This document shows, one piece after another, positions 17,634 to 28,924 of a stretch of DNA of 32,000 bases. Both the position numbers and the translations under genes were made by a program. This stretch comes from Desulfocapsa sulfexigens DSM 10523 (GTDB lineage Bacteria; Desulfobacterota; Desulfobulbia; Desulfobulbales; Desulfocapsaceae). The notes beneath the pieces are model-generated. The model ran no database searches, had not been told where the DNA came from, and saw only the letters and a program-made list of their open reading frames with translations. The stretch is from positions 720,001-752,000 of the forward strand of contig NC_020304.1 in the NCBI RefSeq assembly GCF_000341395.1, in the 5' to 3' direction. Numbering within the stretch: position 1 is the first letter of the stretch; every line of letters starts with the position of its first letter.

Positions 17634-20087
17634 TTAATGAGCAGCCTCCCAAAATAACTTCACTTGTTCCTCAACCATATCCTTGTCTTTCAAGCGCATA
17701 TCCATCAGCTTCGTTACTCCCAGGAGGCGCCCCACAATCTGCAGCTTTTGCTCCATCACCTCTCTAGGTATCTGTTGCAGTCTGGCATCGAGTAAATCGC
17801 CCCTGGGAGTGACCTGAAATCCACTCTCCGACAAAATGGCAGTAACATAGTCTATTCGCAGACTCCGGCCGGAAAAATCTCCACCGCCTCCCGCAAAACG
17901 CAACTGACAATAATTTTTGGCCATATCCTGGTCACACATGGCATCAACAAGGGTAAAATGATACCCAAATCGCATATTGAGGTTCACGTAATTACTTCCC
18001 AGCACCGCAAAACTGGCAAATTCCGATGAATCTTTACTGGCAACACCACCAGCCAGTGCAATTTCATCAAAACTTTTCCAATCAAAATGAGATCTTTCCC
18101 CCCACTCCACACTGGGGTGGGTCAATCCCAGCCACAGGGAAAGAAAAGGGGTTGAGGAAATCTCAGCTACGTGGATATCCTTGCCCCCTCCCTTCTTCTC
18201 CTGTAGCCCGCCCCCCACATCCAGCAAAAAAACATCGAGAGGAAGATCGGTACGTAATCTCCGTTTCCCTTTTGACCTGCCACTCCCTCTGTCCCCAAGA
18301 GAAAACATAGTTCGCACCGCCTGCTCATGAGAAAACCGGATAATATCGTGGAGAGAACGACAGGATTCCGGGACAAAGCTTTTGGCCTCCGGATCAAGTA
18401 GATTCAGAGGAGTTACAAATCCAAGAAGACCGTGGAGTCGCCGAAAATAGGGCAGTGCTGCCTGCGTTTCATGGAGCGGTACGGGCTTTTCTTCCGACAA
18501 ACAGTTTCCCTGCCATAATTCCTGAATATCTGCAAAAAGACTTATCTCATCATCATGCTTGATTTTGTTGATGCTGTCCCCTATAGCCAGAAGCAGAGGA
18601 ACTCCAAACTCCCTGCACACTGTGGAAAAATGACCGGCCACAGAACCCAATTCTGCCACCACACCACCAACTTGTTTCAAAATACGGACAGCAGAGGGCA
18701 GGGTCTCTCGTAACACGAGAATTGCCCCCTGAGGTACATTTTCCAGTGGATGTTCAGAATCAACGACGTATGCCAATCCACAGGCCTGGCCCATTGCTGC
18801 TGTCACCCCAGCCTTAAACAGCAGGCGACCTTTGTGAGCCAATGGTTTCGCTGTATTAGCAACGACCATTGTTTCCTGGATGCCAAGAGGCCTGCTTTGC
18901 AAAAAGATAAGACGTCCTTCCCTGGTGATTGACCATTCCACATCCCTTGGTGATTCAAAATACTCTGCAATGCGCTTTCCCTGTTTCTGCAGGTGAGCCA
19001 GTTCCGAATGTGACAGGATCTGGGTGTTTTTGTATTCATTTTCTTCACTGTCTTTCATTGCATAAGACTCAGGAATCACTCGGCCACTGACAAGGGCATC
19101 TCCCTGGCCACGCACAACATGAACAGAAATATCTTTTTGTTTTTTTCCAGATGGTTCGGCGGTATACAAAACACCACTGGCCTTTGCATCCACCATCTCA
19201 AGAACCAGGACAGCCATGGCCGTCTCCTCATCTCCAAGCCCCGAATGAATACGATAGGCCAGAGCTTCAGGACTATATTTACTGCTGATAACCTTGAGCC
19301 AGGCATCAACGATTGTATCCCCGGCTACATTGAGCAGGGTGAGATACTGTCCCGCAAATGAACAGGCTCCATCCTCACTGAGACAGCTGCTACGCACTGC
19401 TACAAGCGGATCATTTTCAAACTCAGCGGGGAACTTTTTCCAGGACGCAGTAATTGCTTCACTGATTTCAGCAGGAATATCGCCTTCCATAATCAAATCC
19501 ACCAGCTTAGCAGAGGCCTTCACCAGGCTCTGGGGGTTCACACTTTTGATGCTGCAGAGAATGTCATCAACGGGCCTGCGAAGATCATTATAGGCCATAA
19601 AATAGTTGAAGCTATTTGCTGTAATCACAAAGCCCTTAGGCGTAGGGAGGTTAAGTTCTGAACTGAGTGTCGCCAACTGTGAAGCCTTTCCCCCGACAAG
19701 ATCATCCCGTCCGGCTCCTTCCTGTAGAGAACAGACAAAGGGAGGAGAACTGTTCAGTTGGGGGGGGGCCAGCAGAAATTTACTGTAAAAATCAAATTTT
19801 TTATAATAGCTTCTCAGGGTCACATGGGCCCCGGGAGCCATTTTTTCGAGACTGTCCACCATCCCCAGAACATTTGCCGAGAAACTTTCGTAGCGTTTAC
19901 GAATGCTGCTGAAATCTTCTTTAATCCCTAGGTAGTACAAAGCCTCAAGCTCCGCCATCTCCTCATGGGTCCTCCCGTCATACTCGAGAAGTTCCTGAAA
20001 GGACTCATACGTTGAGCGCAATACTGCTCCCGGAGCAAAAACTCTGTATGTCCAATATTTAAACAAATTATTAACCAGCATCAGCAA
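17634..20087 (-). CDS. PEP/pyruvate-binding (PpsA N-terminal-like) and phosphohistidine swivel domain protein with an uncharacterised C-terminus
   Basis: DDLVGGKASQLATLSSELNLPTPKGFVITANSF, VRSSCLSEDGACSFAGQYLTLLNV, ITREGRLIFLQSRPLG, and swivel motif GGVVAELGSVAGHFSTVCREFGVPLLL. No PEP-utilising TIM barrel is recognisable. Confidence 0.85.
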   Translation of the reverse strand: MLMLVNNLFKYWTYRVFAPGAVLRSTYESFQELLEYDGRTHEEMAELEALYYLGIKEDFSSIRKRYESFSANVLGMVDSLEKMAPGAHVTLRSYYKKFDFYSKFLLAPPQLNSSPPFVCSLQEGAGRDDLVGGKASQLATLSSELNLPTPKGFVITANSFNYFMAYNDLRRPVDDILCSIKSVNPQSLVKASAKLVDLIMEGDIPAEISEAITASWKKFPAEFENDPLVAVRSSCLSEDGACSFAGQYLTLLNVAGDTIVDAWLKVISSKYSPEALAYRIHSGLGDEETAMAVLVLEMVDAKASGVLYTAEPSGKKQKDISVHVVRGQGDALVSGRVIPESYAMKDSEENEYKNTQILSHSELAHLQKQGKRIAEYFESPRDVEWSITREGRLIFLQSRPLGIQETMVVANTAKPLAHKGRLLFKAGVTAAMGQACGLAYVVDSEHPLENVPQGAILVLRETLPSAVRILKQVGGVVAELGSVAGHFSTVCREFGVPLLLAIGDSINKIKHDDEISLFADIQELWQGNCLSEEKPVPLHETQAALPYFRRLHGLLGFVTPLNLLDPEAKSFVPESCRSLHDIIRFSHEQAVRTMFSLGDRGSGRSKGKRRLRTDLPLDVFLLDVGGGLQEKKGGGKDIHVAEISSTPFLSLWLGLTHPSVEWGERSHFDWKSFDEIALAGGVASKDSSEFASFAVLGSNYVNLNMRFGYHFTLVDAMCDQDMAKNYCQLRFAGGGGDFSGRSLRIDYVTAILSESGFQVTPRGDLLDARLQQIPREVMEQKLQIVGRLLGVTKLMDMRLKDKDMVEEQVKLFWEAAH

Positions 20088-20359
20088 TCACGCAATAGCT
20101 ACAGGGAGGATACGAAAGGATGCCCTCTCAAAACCTTTTTCAGCTTCTTTGTTGCTCTACATTATTACTATACGAAAACACAGATCAACCCAATAGTTTT
20201 ATGTTTATGCTCACTGATAAATTTACAGTGCCACTCCCACCCAACTCAATCCAGCCCAAAAATACGGTTTTTCTTCGGTTTTAATGGAATCTATTTCTCT
20301 GCCATTGTATGGTAATCTTCATTAACCAGTAAGAGATAACACGGTGGGGTCTTATCTGA

Positions 20360-21517
<1,158 letters not shown>

Positions 21518-21581
21518 TTATCCTGACAAATTCAGAACATAAATTAACACATTTACCTTATCGATATTTGGAGGAACAACC

Positions 21582-21923
21582 ATGACAGGAGTCGCATACG
21601 CAGCAGGTGGTGGAGCAGCTGGTGGAGCCGGAGGCATAGCCTCTTTTATCCCCCTCATTCTTATATTCGGTGTTTTTTACTTTATGCTTATCAGACCTCA
21701 GCAGAGGCAGGCAAAACTGCAGCAGCAGTTTCTCAACGAGCTGAAAAACGGTGCCAAAGTTGTCACCAAGGGTGGAATCCACGGAACCATCACCGGTCTG
21801 ACCGACAGTGTTGTTACACTGGAAATTGCTGACAATGTACGTATCAAAGTTTCCCGTTCATCCATTGGCAGCCCACTTACAAAAGACGGCGCCCCTGCCC
21901 CTATACAAAAAGCGGGTGGTTGA
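21582..21923 (+). CDS. yajC: Preprotein translocase subunit YajC
   Basis: ILIFGVFYFMLIRPQQRQAK, LKNGAKVVTKGGIHGTITGL; located after tgt; RBS GGAGG. Confidence 0.93.
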   Translation: MTGVAYAAGGGAAGGAGGIASFIPLILIFGVFYFMLIRPQQRQAKLQQQFLNELKNGAKVVTKGGIHGTITGLTDSVVTLEIADNVRIKVSRSSIGSPLTKDGAPAPIQKAGG

Positions 21924-21966
21924 GGGATCGGCGGCTGCTGATTTTCTACAGGCTGTAGAACAGAGT

Positions 21967-22005
21967 AAAAAGGCAGGATTTCCGACAGAAAATCCTGCCT
22001 TTTTT
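21967..22005. terminator. Bidirectional Rho-independent terminator between yajC and the convergent AsmA-like gene
   Basis: AAAAAGGCAGGATTT-CCGACAGA-AAATCCTGCCTTTTT, perfect 15-nt arms and T tract. Confidence 0.92.
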
Positions 22006-22019
22006 GAATAACCAAGTTT

Positions 22020-25000
22020 CTACTTATTCGTCTCACCTTCAATCATCAACTCTTCCTCATCAGGCGTCCAGCCATTCTCCTGAAAATCAACCTCATCATC
22101 CACATCAAAAACAGTGGAAACCAAATGGGCCGGCAGGGCCAATGTTCGGTAGAGAATCTGAAAGGGAACAGATGCAACCTCCCGGAAGGTTGAGTACTCT
22201 ACTTTAGGATCAAACAAATCTCCTGATAACTCGACCATAATAGAAGGCTTCTTCTTTTTTCCTACAAGGATGTACCCCACCAGAGGTATCTTGTTCACAT
22301 TCTTTTTCGCCCCCGTAATGAGATTCAAATCCATATCCAGCGACTGCTTCGGTACATCGAGCCAACCGGTCCCCCGAATCGTCATTTCCGGGGAATCGAG
22401 TCCCAGAGTTTCAAATGTTGCCACACCTTCCTTCATCTTTATACCAGCGACAATCCTGTCCACGGCGAGTCCCGTTGTACTGTATGACGGCAGGCTGAAG
22501 GTCACAAGAGCCGGGATAGTGTTTATCATTGAAAGAATATTGTTTAATGATTTAAACTCCTTCAAAACAGTGTTCTTTATCTTGGCAATTGCTGTAAAAT
22601 CATTCCAGGCTCCCTTTGCCACCATACTCATACTTCCACCGTGAAATTCAGAGGCTGGAAACAGACCATTCATAAAAACATCGTTCAACCCCTCTCCTGT
22701 CAGTGAAAAAGTCTTCCCTTCACCCTCCAAAGAAATACGTCCAGTTGCCCCATGGAGCAACTGAAGAGTTCCCTGACCATCACCGTACTGCAAAGTAATT
22801 GTATCGGCCAGAAGCTGTCTTTCCGGTGAGAAAAAAAGACCAGTTTCACTGGAATCAAGAGTGACGGCAATCCTGTTTTGCTCACCGGAATCGGTCTCCA
22901 TGATTCCCGGGATATCTTTCAAGAGCTTTAAAATGGCAGGGACATTAAACGTGAGACCCTTTGAGACAATGTTAATTTTATCATCGTAGACAAGATTCAA
23001 TGTTTCGTTGACTGTTGCCCTTATGCCATTCGCACCCGCTTCTCCCTCTATCTGATATCGATCCACAGGCACTGCATCCTGAGCAAGCAACGCGTAGTCA
23101 TAGGGAATATCAGCAGAAAAACGGTACCCGCCACCATCCTTTGACCCAATTATGAGCATCCCATTTTTCACAAGATACTGTTGTAAAATTGGAGAATGGT
23201 CATACACAGCAGCCAGGTTTCTAAGCTGAAGGGACCACTCTCTCCCTTCTCGAACGCTCACTTCCACTTCCAATTCAGGAACTTTGAGGAGCAGGTTCGC
23301 CTCATTCCCGTCGACCTCGACTGATATGGCCCTGTTCGGGTTGAAAAAACGACCGACACTCTTCTCCTGTATGTTGAACTCTTCGAGGAGAAATTCCCCA
23401 TGTTGACTAAGGTAGTTGAAGCTTCCTGATACGATACCACCGAAGACCTCACCGTAGTCGACTCCAGCTCCTGTTACTGAAAAAAGAGTATCGGAAAATT
23501 TAAATTCGGCAGGAGAAAGGGTGACTGGAACATCATTTAAGAGCCATTGCGACTCCTTCACGCTTCGAACAGTCAAGCCTTTGTCATACTGAATAATGAG
23601 ACCATCAAGCCTGTCCTGGAGTTTCAAATCATTTATACGACAATGGACAACGGTAGAGAGTAAATCCATTCGCTGCTCTTTCAGTGAAAATGTCCCGGAT
23701 ATTTCCGTTGAAATGAACGGAGGAACCGAAAGAGACAGGGCTGAAACACGGCCCGATAGATCATCCGGTGAAAAGGAGGTACTAAAAGAGCCGATGTTCA
23801 AAGGCAGCCCACCTATGTTCCATGAAGATGCCTCGGCGGTAACTGTTGCCATTCCTGGACTCATTGTATAACGAAGCTTTGGTTTTGTTTCTTCTCCATT
23901 AAGAACCAATTGTGACTTCCCGACTGCAACTGCGCATTCCTGCAGACTGATATCCAGATCTCCATTTGCTGTTGAAGCATCATATACTCCTGTGATATCA
24001 ACCACAAACATCTGTTCCAGACTGACCTCCAGCTGCTCAAAAGTGATCCTGTTGGTATCAAGAAGAATCCTGGCGTCCTTCACACCATAATTTGCGCCGG
24101 AATAGTCCACACGACCATCGTTAATCTGGAAAACACCATGAGCTGTTACAAGTTCTGATTTCAGATTTATAGAAAGCGTTAAATCTACGTCTGTTTCTCC
24201 TTCTGTCTGAAGAACCGGTAAGGGAATATTATAATAGTTCAACACGTTTACAATATCCTGATTAGCCCTTGCATGGGTCAGAATATGGGCTGTGAGGAGA
24301 ATATTGTCAGGATCATTAAAATTAATATCCAACCATGATTTTTCGCCATCCTGTCCGTAGAAGCTGGAATTATGGGGGGTTATAATAAGGACACCCTTCT
24401 TGAAAAGCACATCGGCATACTCTGACTGTATTGCATCAAGTCCTGGGGCAAAGCTATACTGACATTCGTCCACCCTGACTTCTGCTACAAAAGTCTCAGC
24501 CAGAACCATGGGGTTCTTCCAGGGAAAACTTCCTGCAAAAGATTTCAGGCTATAACGAGTTCCACTCAGGTAATCGGTGATCCACTTTTGGATGGAAAAT
24601 TCAAGGCCGAAAAGATCAACAAATGGAGTAATATCTGTGATTTTACCAGCCTCTACCCCCTTAAAAGAAAGTTGTTCCTGATCAAAGATAAAGGAAAGAT
24701 TCACTGGCAAAGAGTCGGCAAGATTTACGGTAAATTCACCACTTCCCCATGCAGAATCCAGATCCAGACGTACAACACCGGCTGCCTGAGAGTGAAATTT
24801 GTCACTTTTGATTTTTGGTATATCAGCAATCAGGACGCCCTCTTCCAGCCTGACGATCCCCCTCACATCAACTTCCTGACTGGAAAGAGTAAACTGAGCC
24901 AAAGAGGACTCATACAACAGACTGCCCTCCATACCGCCACCACTGATAGTCGCAATGGAGATCCGTGAGAACAAAAGATCAATACAGCGGACAAGAGGCA

Positions 25001-25256
25001 CGATTGCATTCATAAAGCTGAGATCGTGCGGAGCTCCGTTCCCATCACCATCCTGCAAAGATGCAACAAACAGACGTTCTATATCCAATTCCAGTTTGGC
25101 ATTCCACTGGAGTGACACATTGCTGAATGTCACAGGGCCAGCGCTCAGAGATTTGACATGCATTCCCTTTTTCAGAAACAATCCGCCGGCAATGAGCAAA
25201 ACGCCGCACAGGACAAGGATAGTTAGAAAAAAACGTTTCATTTTTTTTCTTCCCAT
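22020..25256 (-). CDS. Large AsmA-like (YhdP/YdbH-type) inner-membrane-anchored protein
   Basis: Single N-terminal TM, very long beta-rich region, C-terminal FETLGLDSPEMTIRGTGWLDVPKQSLDMDLNLITGAKKNVNKIPLVGYILVG. The likely start is the internal Met at 25241 (MKRFFLTIL). Confidence 0.8.
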   Translation of the reverse strand: MGRKKMKRFFLTILVLCGVLLIAGGLFLKKGMHVKSLSAGPVTFSNVSLQWNAKLELDIERLFVASLQDGDGNGAPHDLSFMNAIVPLVRCIDLLFSRISIATISGGGMEGSLLYESSLAQFTLSSQEVDVRGIVRLEEGVLIADIPKIKSDKFHSQAAGVVRLDLDSAWGSGEFTVNLADSLPVNLSFIFDQEQLSFKGVEAGKITDITPFVDLFGLEFSIQKWITDYLSGTRYSLKSFAGSFPWKNPMVLAETFVAEVRVDECQYSFAPGLDAIQSEYADVLFKKGVLIITPHNSSFYGQDGEKSWLDINFNDPDNILLTAHILTHARANQDIVNVLNYYNIPLPVLQTEGETDVDLTLSINLKSELVTAHGVFQINDGRVDYSGANYGVKDARILLDTNRITFEQLEVSLEQMFVVDITGVYDASTANGDLDISLQECAVAVGKSQLVLNGEETKPKLRYTMSPGMATVTAEASSWNIGGLPLNIGSFSTSFSPDDLSGRVSALSLSVPPFISTEISGTFSLKEQRMDLLSTVVHCRINDLKLQDRLDGLIIQYDKGLTVRSVKESQWLLNDVPVTLSPAEFKFSDTLFSVTGAGVDYGEVFGGIVSGSFNYLSQHGEFLLEEFNIQEKSVGRFFNPNRAISVEVDGNEANLLLKVPELEVEVSVREGREWSLQLRNLAAVYDHSPILQQYLVKNGMLIIGSKDGGGYRFSADIPYDYALLAQDAVPVDRYQIEGEAGANGIRATVNETLNLVYDDKINIVSKGLTFNVPAILKLLKDIPGIMETDSGEQNRIAVTLDSSETGLFFSPERQLLADTITLQYGDGQGTLQLLHGATGRISLEGEGKTFSLTGEGLNDVFMNGLFPASEFHGGSMSMVAKGAWNDFTAIAKIKNTVLKEFKSLNNILSMINTIPALVTFSLPSYSTTGLAVDRIVAGIKMKEGVATFETLGLDSPEMTIRGTGWLDVPKQSLDMDLNLITGAKKNVNKIPLVGYILVGKKKKPSIMVELSGDLFDPKVEYSTFREVASVPFQILYRTLALPAHLVSTVFDVDDEVDFQENGWTPDEEELMIEGETNK

Positions 25257-25398
25257 TGGAGAACAAGCCTGCCTTTATTGAAGGTAATGAGATTGGTAAT
25301 ATACATACTAGAGACCTTGGGTTGACACTCGCTCAAAAAGAAGAGGAACAAAAGACAGTATCCAGATTTTATGATTAAAGGAATCACGAAATGCCTTT

Positions 25399-26286
25399 TT
25401 ACTTACTGGGAAAGGAAAACCAGTCCGATCCCGAGACAGCTTGTGGTGGCTTTTTCAGATGCCTGAATGTGCCATTTTTCAGAAAATAAAGGGTTTCATC
25501 CTGCACATATTCCGAATTCATAATGAATGGATGTGTTTCATGAACTACCAGGAAATCACGCATCCCTTCCAGACGGGCATTCAGTACCGAGACCTTGCCA
25601 TCATCGGGGCCGGGAATAATTGAAGAGAGCCAGAAATCGAAGAAGATATAGCGATCCCCGGCAATAACCCCCACCGGATACTCTACGGGACCAAGCTGAT
25701 TAGGAAAAGACGCACTATCGGTGGTTAACTGCTGACCTGCTGGACCATTGATCCACCTGTAAAACCACCAGTCTTTAAGACTGTCCGCGACTGCACTGCC
25801 GTGATTTGGTGGGCTGAGCATTACGGCCCGTCCCATGTTGGCAGGCCTCTGCTCTTTCAATACAGCACGCAGGATAATACCACCGAGGGAATGGCTGACA
25901 AAGTGAATGGATGACGGCTGGAACTGCTGACACTGTTCCAGAGCTGCTGGAACGTTATCACTTACAATCTCTTCAATTGATAGCCTGGTAGAGGGATAAC
26001 CGAGATTGACGGTGTGATAACCAGCGACAACTAATCGTTCCTGCATCTCAGCCATGGAACGAAAAGTCCGCCCCATACCATGAACCAGAACCACACATTC
26101 ACCAAGGGCTGTAGCAGATGCCGGTTTCTGTATGGAAATGCCGGTCCTGCTGCACCCTGAAGCTATCATTACAGCAAAGAAAATCAGAGTGAGCCACCCT
26201 GACAGACAAGTTACCTGCGTGAAACAGGGATAAGAAAAATATACGTTAGCTGTTTTCATAGGGCTATAAGAGTACAGAACAGCCAT
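25399..26286 (-). CDS. Alpha/beta hydrolase (lipase/PGAP1-like) lipoprotein
   Basis: Lipobox IASGC; VVLVHGMGRTFRSM; nucleophile elbow HFVSHSLGGIILRAV; catalytic His region DFLVVHETHPFIM. The likely start is Met at 26259. Confidence 0.85.
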   Translation of the reverse strand: MAVLYSYSPMKTANVYFSYPCFTQVTCLSGWLTLIFFAVMIASGCSRTGISIQKPASATALGECVVLVHGMGRTFRSMAEMQERLVVAGYHTVNLGYPSTRLSIEEIVSDNVPAALEQCQQFQPSSIHFVSHSLGGIILRAVLKEQRPANMGRAVMLSPPNHGSAVADSLKDWWFYRWINGPAGQQLTTDSASFPNQLGPVEYPVGVIAGDRYIFFDFWLSSIIPGPDDGKVSVLNARLEGMRDFLVVHETHPFIMNSEYVQDETLYFLKNGTFRHLKKPPQAVSGSDWFSFPSK

Positions 26287-26340
26287 TTTACCGTCAACTG
26301 CAATTCTTTTTTGCTTACATTAAAGGCAAGCAGTATTCAA

Positions 26341-27318
26341 TCACTTAGTCGCCTGAAACATATGCACATCCTGCTGTGGATATGGAAAGGAAATACCCTT
26401 TTCGTCAAAAGTCAGTTTTATACTTTCCGTGAGGTCAAAACGCACAGCGCCGTAATCCTCTGTCTTTACCCAGGGACGAACTATAAGGTTGACGCTTGAA
26501 TCCGCAAGTTCGGCCACTGCAACGGCTGGAGCCGGATCGGTAAGGATTCTGGAATCAGCCTTCACTAGATCTTCCAGGGTAGTTTTGGCCAGACGGATAT
26601 CATCATCATAGCCGATTCCCACAACCAGATCGATACGACGGGTATCTTCGGCATTAATATTTGTGATAACGCCGGAGATGATGCCGCTGTTAGGAACAAT
26701 AATCCTCTGATTATCAGGAGTTAAAATGATAGTACTGAAGATGTCAATCTGTTGCACCGTTCCGGTCACACCACCAGCCGTCACAGCATCATTCACCTTA
26801 AAGGGCTTAAACAGTATAAGCATTACCCCGGAAGCGAAATTGGACAGGGAATCTTTCAAAGCCAGACCAATGGCAAGACCCGCTGCACCGACTATGGCAA
26901 GAAAGGATGTTGTTTCTATACCAAGTTCTCCAGCTGCAGCAATAATAACGCCTGCAAGAAGTGCATAATAGATAAGCTTACAGAGAAAACGCCGCAGGGT
27001 TGGTTCAACATTTGCCCTCCTAAAAGCCTGTCTCGCCACATCTGTAATCCACCTGGCAACCCAGCGACCAACAACAAAAATTACCAGAGCCAGAAGGAGG
27101 TGTGGCCCATTTACCATACCCCAGTCTTTTAACATCTGTAAGGCCTGTACATAGGTGTCCGGATTTACGACATCGACTGCTACCTTGGGTGTTACCACAG
27201 CTTCTTTTGCCTGCCCAACTGGTGCTGGATCACCGGCTGCCATACCTGTAATTGACATTGAGAAACTCACTAAAACAAGGAACGCTATAGACACAGATCC
27301 TTTTAATATTTTGTTCAT
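26341..27318 (-). CDS. Small-conductance mechanosensitive channel (MscS family)
   Basis: LAIVGAAGLAIGLALKDSLSNFASGVMLILFKPFKVNDAVTAGGVTGTVQQIDIFSTIILTPDNQRIIVPN. The ORF extends to 27426, but Met at 27318 is followed by a signal-peptide-like sequence and preceded by GAGAGG. Confidence 0.93.
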   Translation of the reverse strand: MNKILKGSVSIAFLVLVSFSMSITGMAAGDPAPVGQAKEAVVTPKVAVDVVNPDTYVQALQMLKDWGMVNGPHLLLALVIFVVGRWVARWITDVARQAFRRANVEPTLRRFLCKLIYYALLAGVIIAAAGELGIETTSFLAIVGAAGLAIGLALKDSLSNFASGVMLILFKPFKVNDAVTAGGVTGTVQQIDIFSTIILTPDNQRIIVPNSGIISGVITNINAEDTRRIDLVVGIGYDDDIRLAKTTLEDLVKADSRILTDPAPAVAVAELADSSVNLIVRPWVKTEDYGAVRFDLTESIKLTFDEKGISFPYPQQDVHMFQATK

Positions 27319-27499
27319 TTCAAGAAACCTCTCCGTTGGTGTACAAGACAGTATAGATATTTTCTTATCCGCCATAAACCCATCACTGGGGGCTCTGCCG
27401 CGGCCGTCCAGGCCGCAGATACCCATATAATCAACACGAAAAAACTCCTCCTCAGGCGGGTAGGCTGAGGATTGTGGTAATCAGGTTAACTATTGTCTA

Positions 27500-28000
27500 T
27501 CAACCAGCTTTGTTATCTGTTTGTTCTTCAAACCTGTTCTTTTCTACATTCTTCCTGGCATGATCCGGCATAAATATGCAGCCATTCATTGCTATATACA
27601 CACCGGGTCCAAGCGTCTGAGCCGCAGTTACAGCACACCCTATGTTGAACACTGCATCACTGTCTCGAAATTGAGCCGGATACATCGAGCCAGTCATTAC
27701 GATCGTTTTATCTGAAATACCCTTAAGGACTTTTGCAGTAGCAATCATCGTATCAGTGCCGTGGGTGATAACAATCCTTTCAAATGAAGAAGACTCTACT
27801 TTTCTTCTTATCAGCTCACGATCTTCATCGGTAAAATCAAGACTGTCTTTTTTCATTATTGATTCAACCACGTAGTCCAGAACAACATTAGCTCGCTCCA
27901 AAACACCATTCGCCTGTGGATCTCCAACCTGATACTCTGACTTCTGGTCAAAGTACACCTTGTCGATAGTGCCACCTGTTGTATAAATTATAATTTTCAT
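27500..28000 (-). CDS. Short asparaginase-domain protein (N-terminal domain only)
   Basis: KIIIYTTGGTIDKVYFD, VITHGTDTMIATAKVL, IVMTGSMYPAQFRDSDAVFN; only 166 aa. Confidence 0.85.
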   Translation of the reverse strand: MKIIIYTTGGTIDKVYFDQKSEYQVGDPQANGVLERANVVLDYVVESIMKKDSLDFTDEDRELIRRKVESSSFERIVITHGTDTMIATAKVLKGISDKTIVMTGSMYPAQFRDSDAVFNIGCAVTAAQTLGPGVYIAMNGCIFMPDHARKNVEKNRFEEQTDNKAG

Positions 28001-28153
28001 ATTTCAACTATCCATATTACATATTAATGGTTTTCGAATCATGTCGACTCACTAACACAAAATGTTAATATTGTTCAAGTACAGCTTTCCGCAACACCAA
28101 GACAGGTGCCCTGAAACCCAACGAAACAGAAGCCGTTGCAACGCCTCTTTGTT

Positions 28154-28918
28154 CTATAAACTGAGTAATGCACGAACAGTATTTGAGGTTTTTTCAGCAA
28201 TATGACTCACAGGAACATCACGCAACCGGGCAAGAGACAGGGCCACCTCGGTCAAATATTCAGGGCTGTTTCGTTCACCGTGATGAGAAGCAGGAGGAAT
28301 ATCGGGTGAATCGGTTTCGAGTACCAGAGAGTTCAAAGGAAGGGCTGCCGCAACAGATCGAATCCTGGTGGCACGATCGTAGGTGATGGTCCCACAGATA
28401 CTGACCAGAAAACCAAGTTTTATGTAATGCTCAGCCTGCTGGAGACTGCCGCTGAAGGCATGAACAATCCCGCCCTCCGTAAAATGTAACCGGCGGAGTG
28501 TGGCCTGCACCTGGTCATGGGCCTTACGTACATGAAGCAATACCGGTAGCGCTGCTTTAGAGGCGATGGCAAGCTGCGCTTCAAAAAGCTCCTGCTGCGC
28601 AGAACGATTGCAATCTTTCACAAAATAATCGAGGCCTATTTCACCTATGGCCACGAGATCTCCAGCAGATGCCCTCTGCTGCAACAGCTGCAAATCATCT
28701 CTGCCATGGTCGGACAAATACATGGGATGCAGACCGATGGCCGGGAAAAGATCCTGTTCCTCATCTGATAACTGGAGGATCCTGTTCCACCCACTGCGAG
28801 TGACCCCGGGAAGAACCTGAGCCACCACACCAGCCATGCGGGCACGATGAAGTACTTCCCGGAAATCATTCTTGAAGATGGGAAGGTCGATATGGCTGTG
28901 GGTGTCAATAAGCTCCAT
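28154..28918 (-). CDS. TatD-family metal-dependent hydrolase/DNase
   Basis: LIDTHSHIDLPIF, AIGEIGLDYF, LPVLLHVRKAH, GGIVHAFSGS, LETDSPDIPP. Confidence 0.93.
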   Translation of the reverse strand: MELIDTHSHIDLPIFKNDFREVLHRARMAGVVAQVLPGVTRSGWNRILQLSDEEQDLFPAIGLHPMYLSDHGRDDLQLLQQRASAGDLVAIGEIGLDYFVKDCNRSAQQELFEAQLAIASKAALPVLLHVRKAHDQVQATLRRLHFTEGGIVHAFSGSLQQAEHYIKLGFLVSICGTITYDRATRIRSVAAALPLNSLVLETDSPDIPPASHHGERNSPEYLTEVALSLARLRDVPVSHIAEKTSNTVRALLSL

Positions 28919-28924
28919 TGTCTC

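Noticed and set aside
24588-24968. Plus-strand ORFs inside the AsmA-like gene (also 22270..22644 and 23596..23871)
   Set aside because: Shadow ORFs of the 22020-25256 coding sequence, without recognisable domains.
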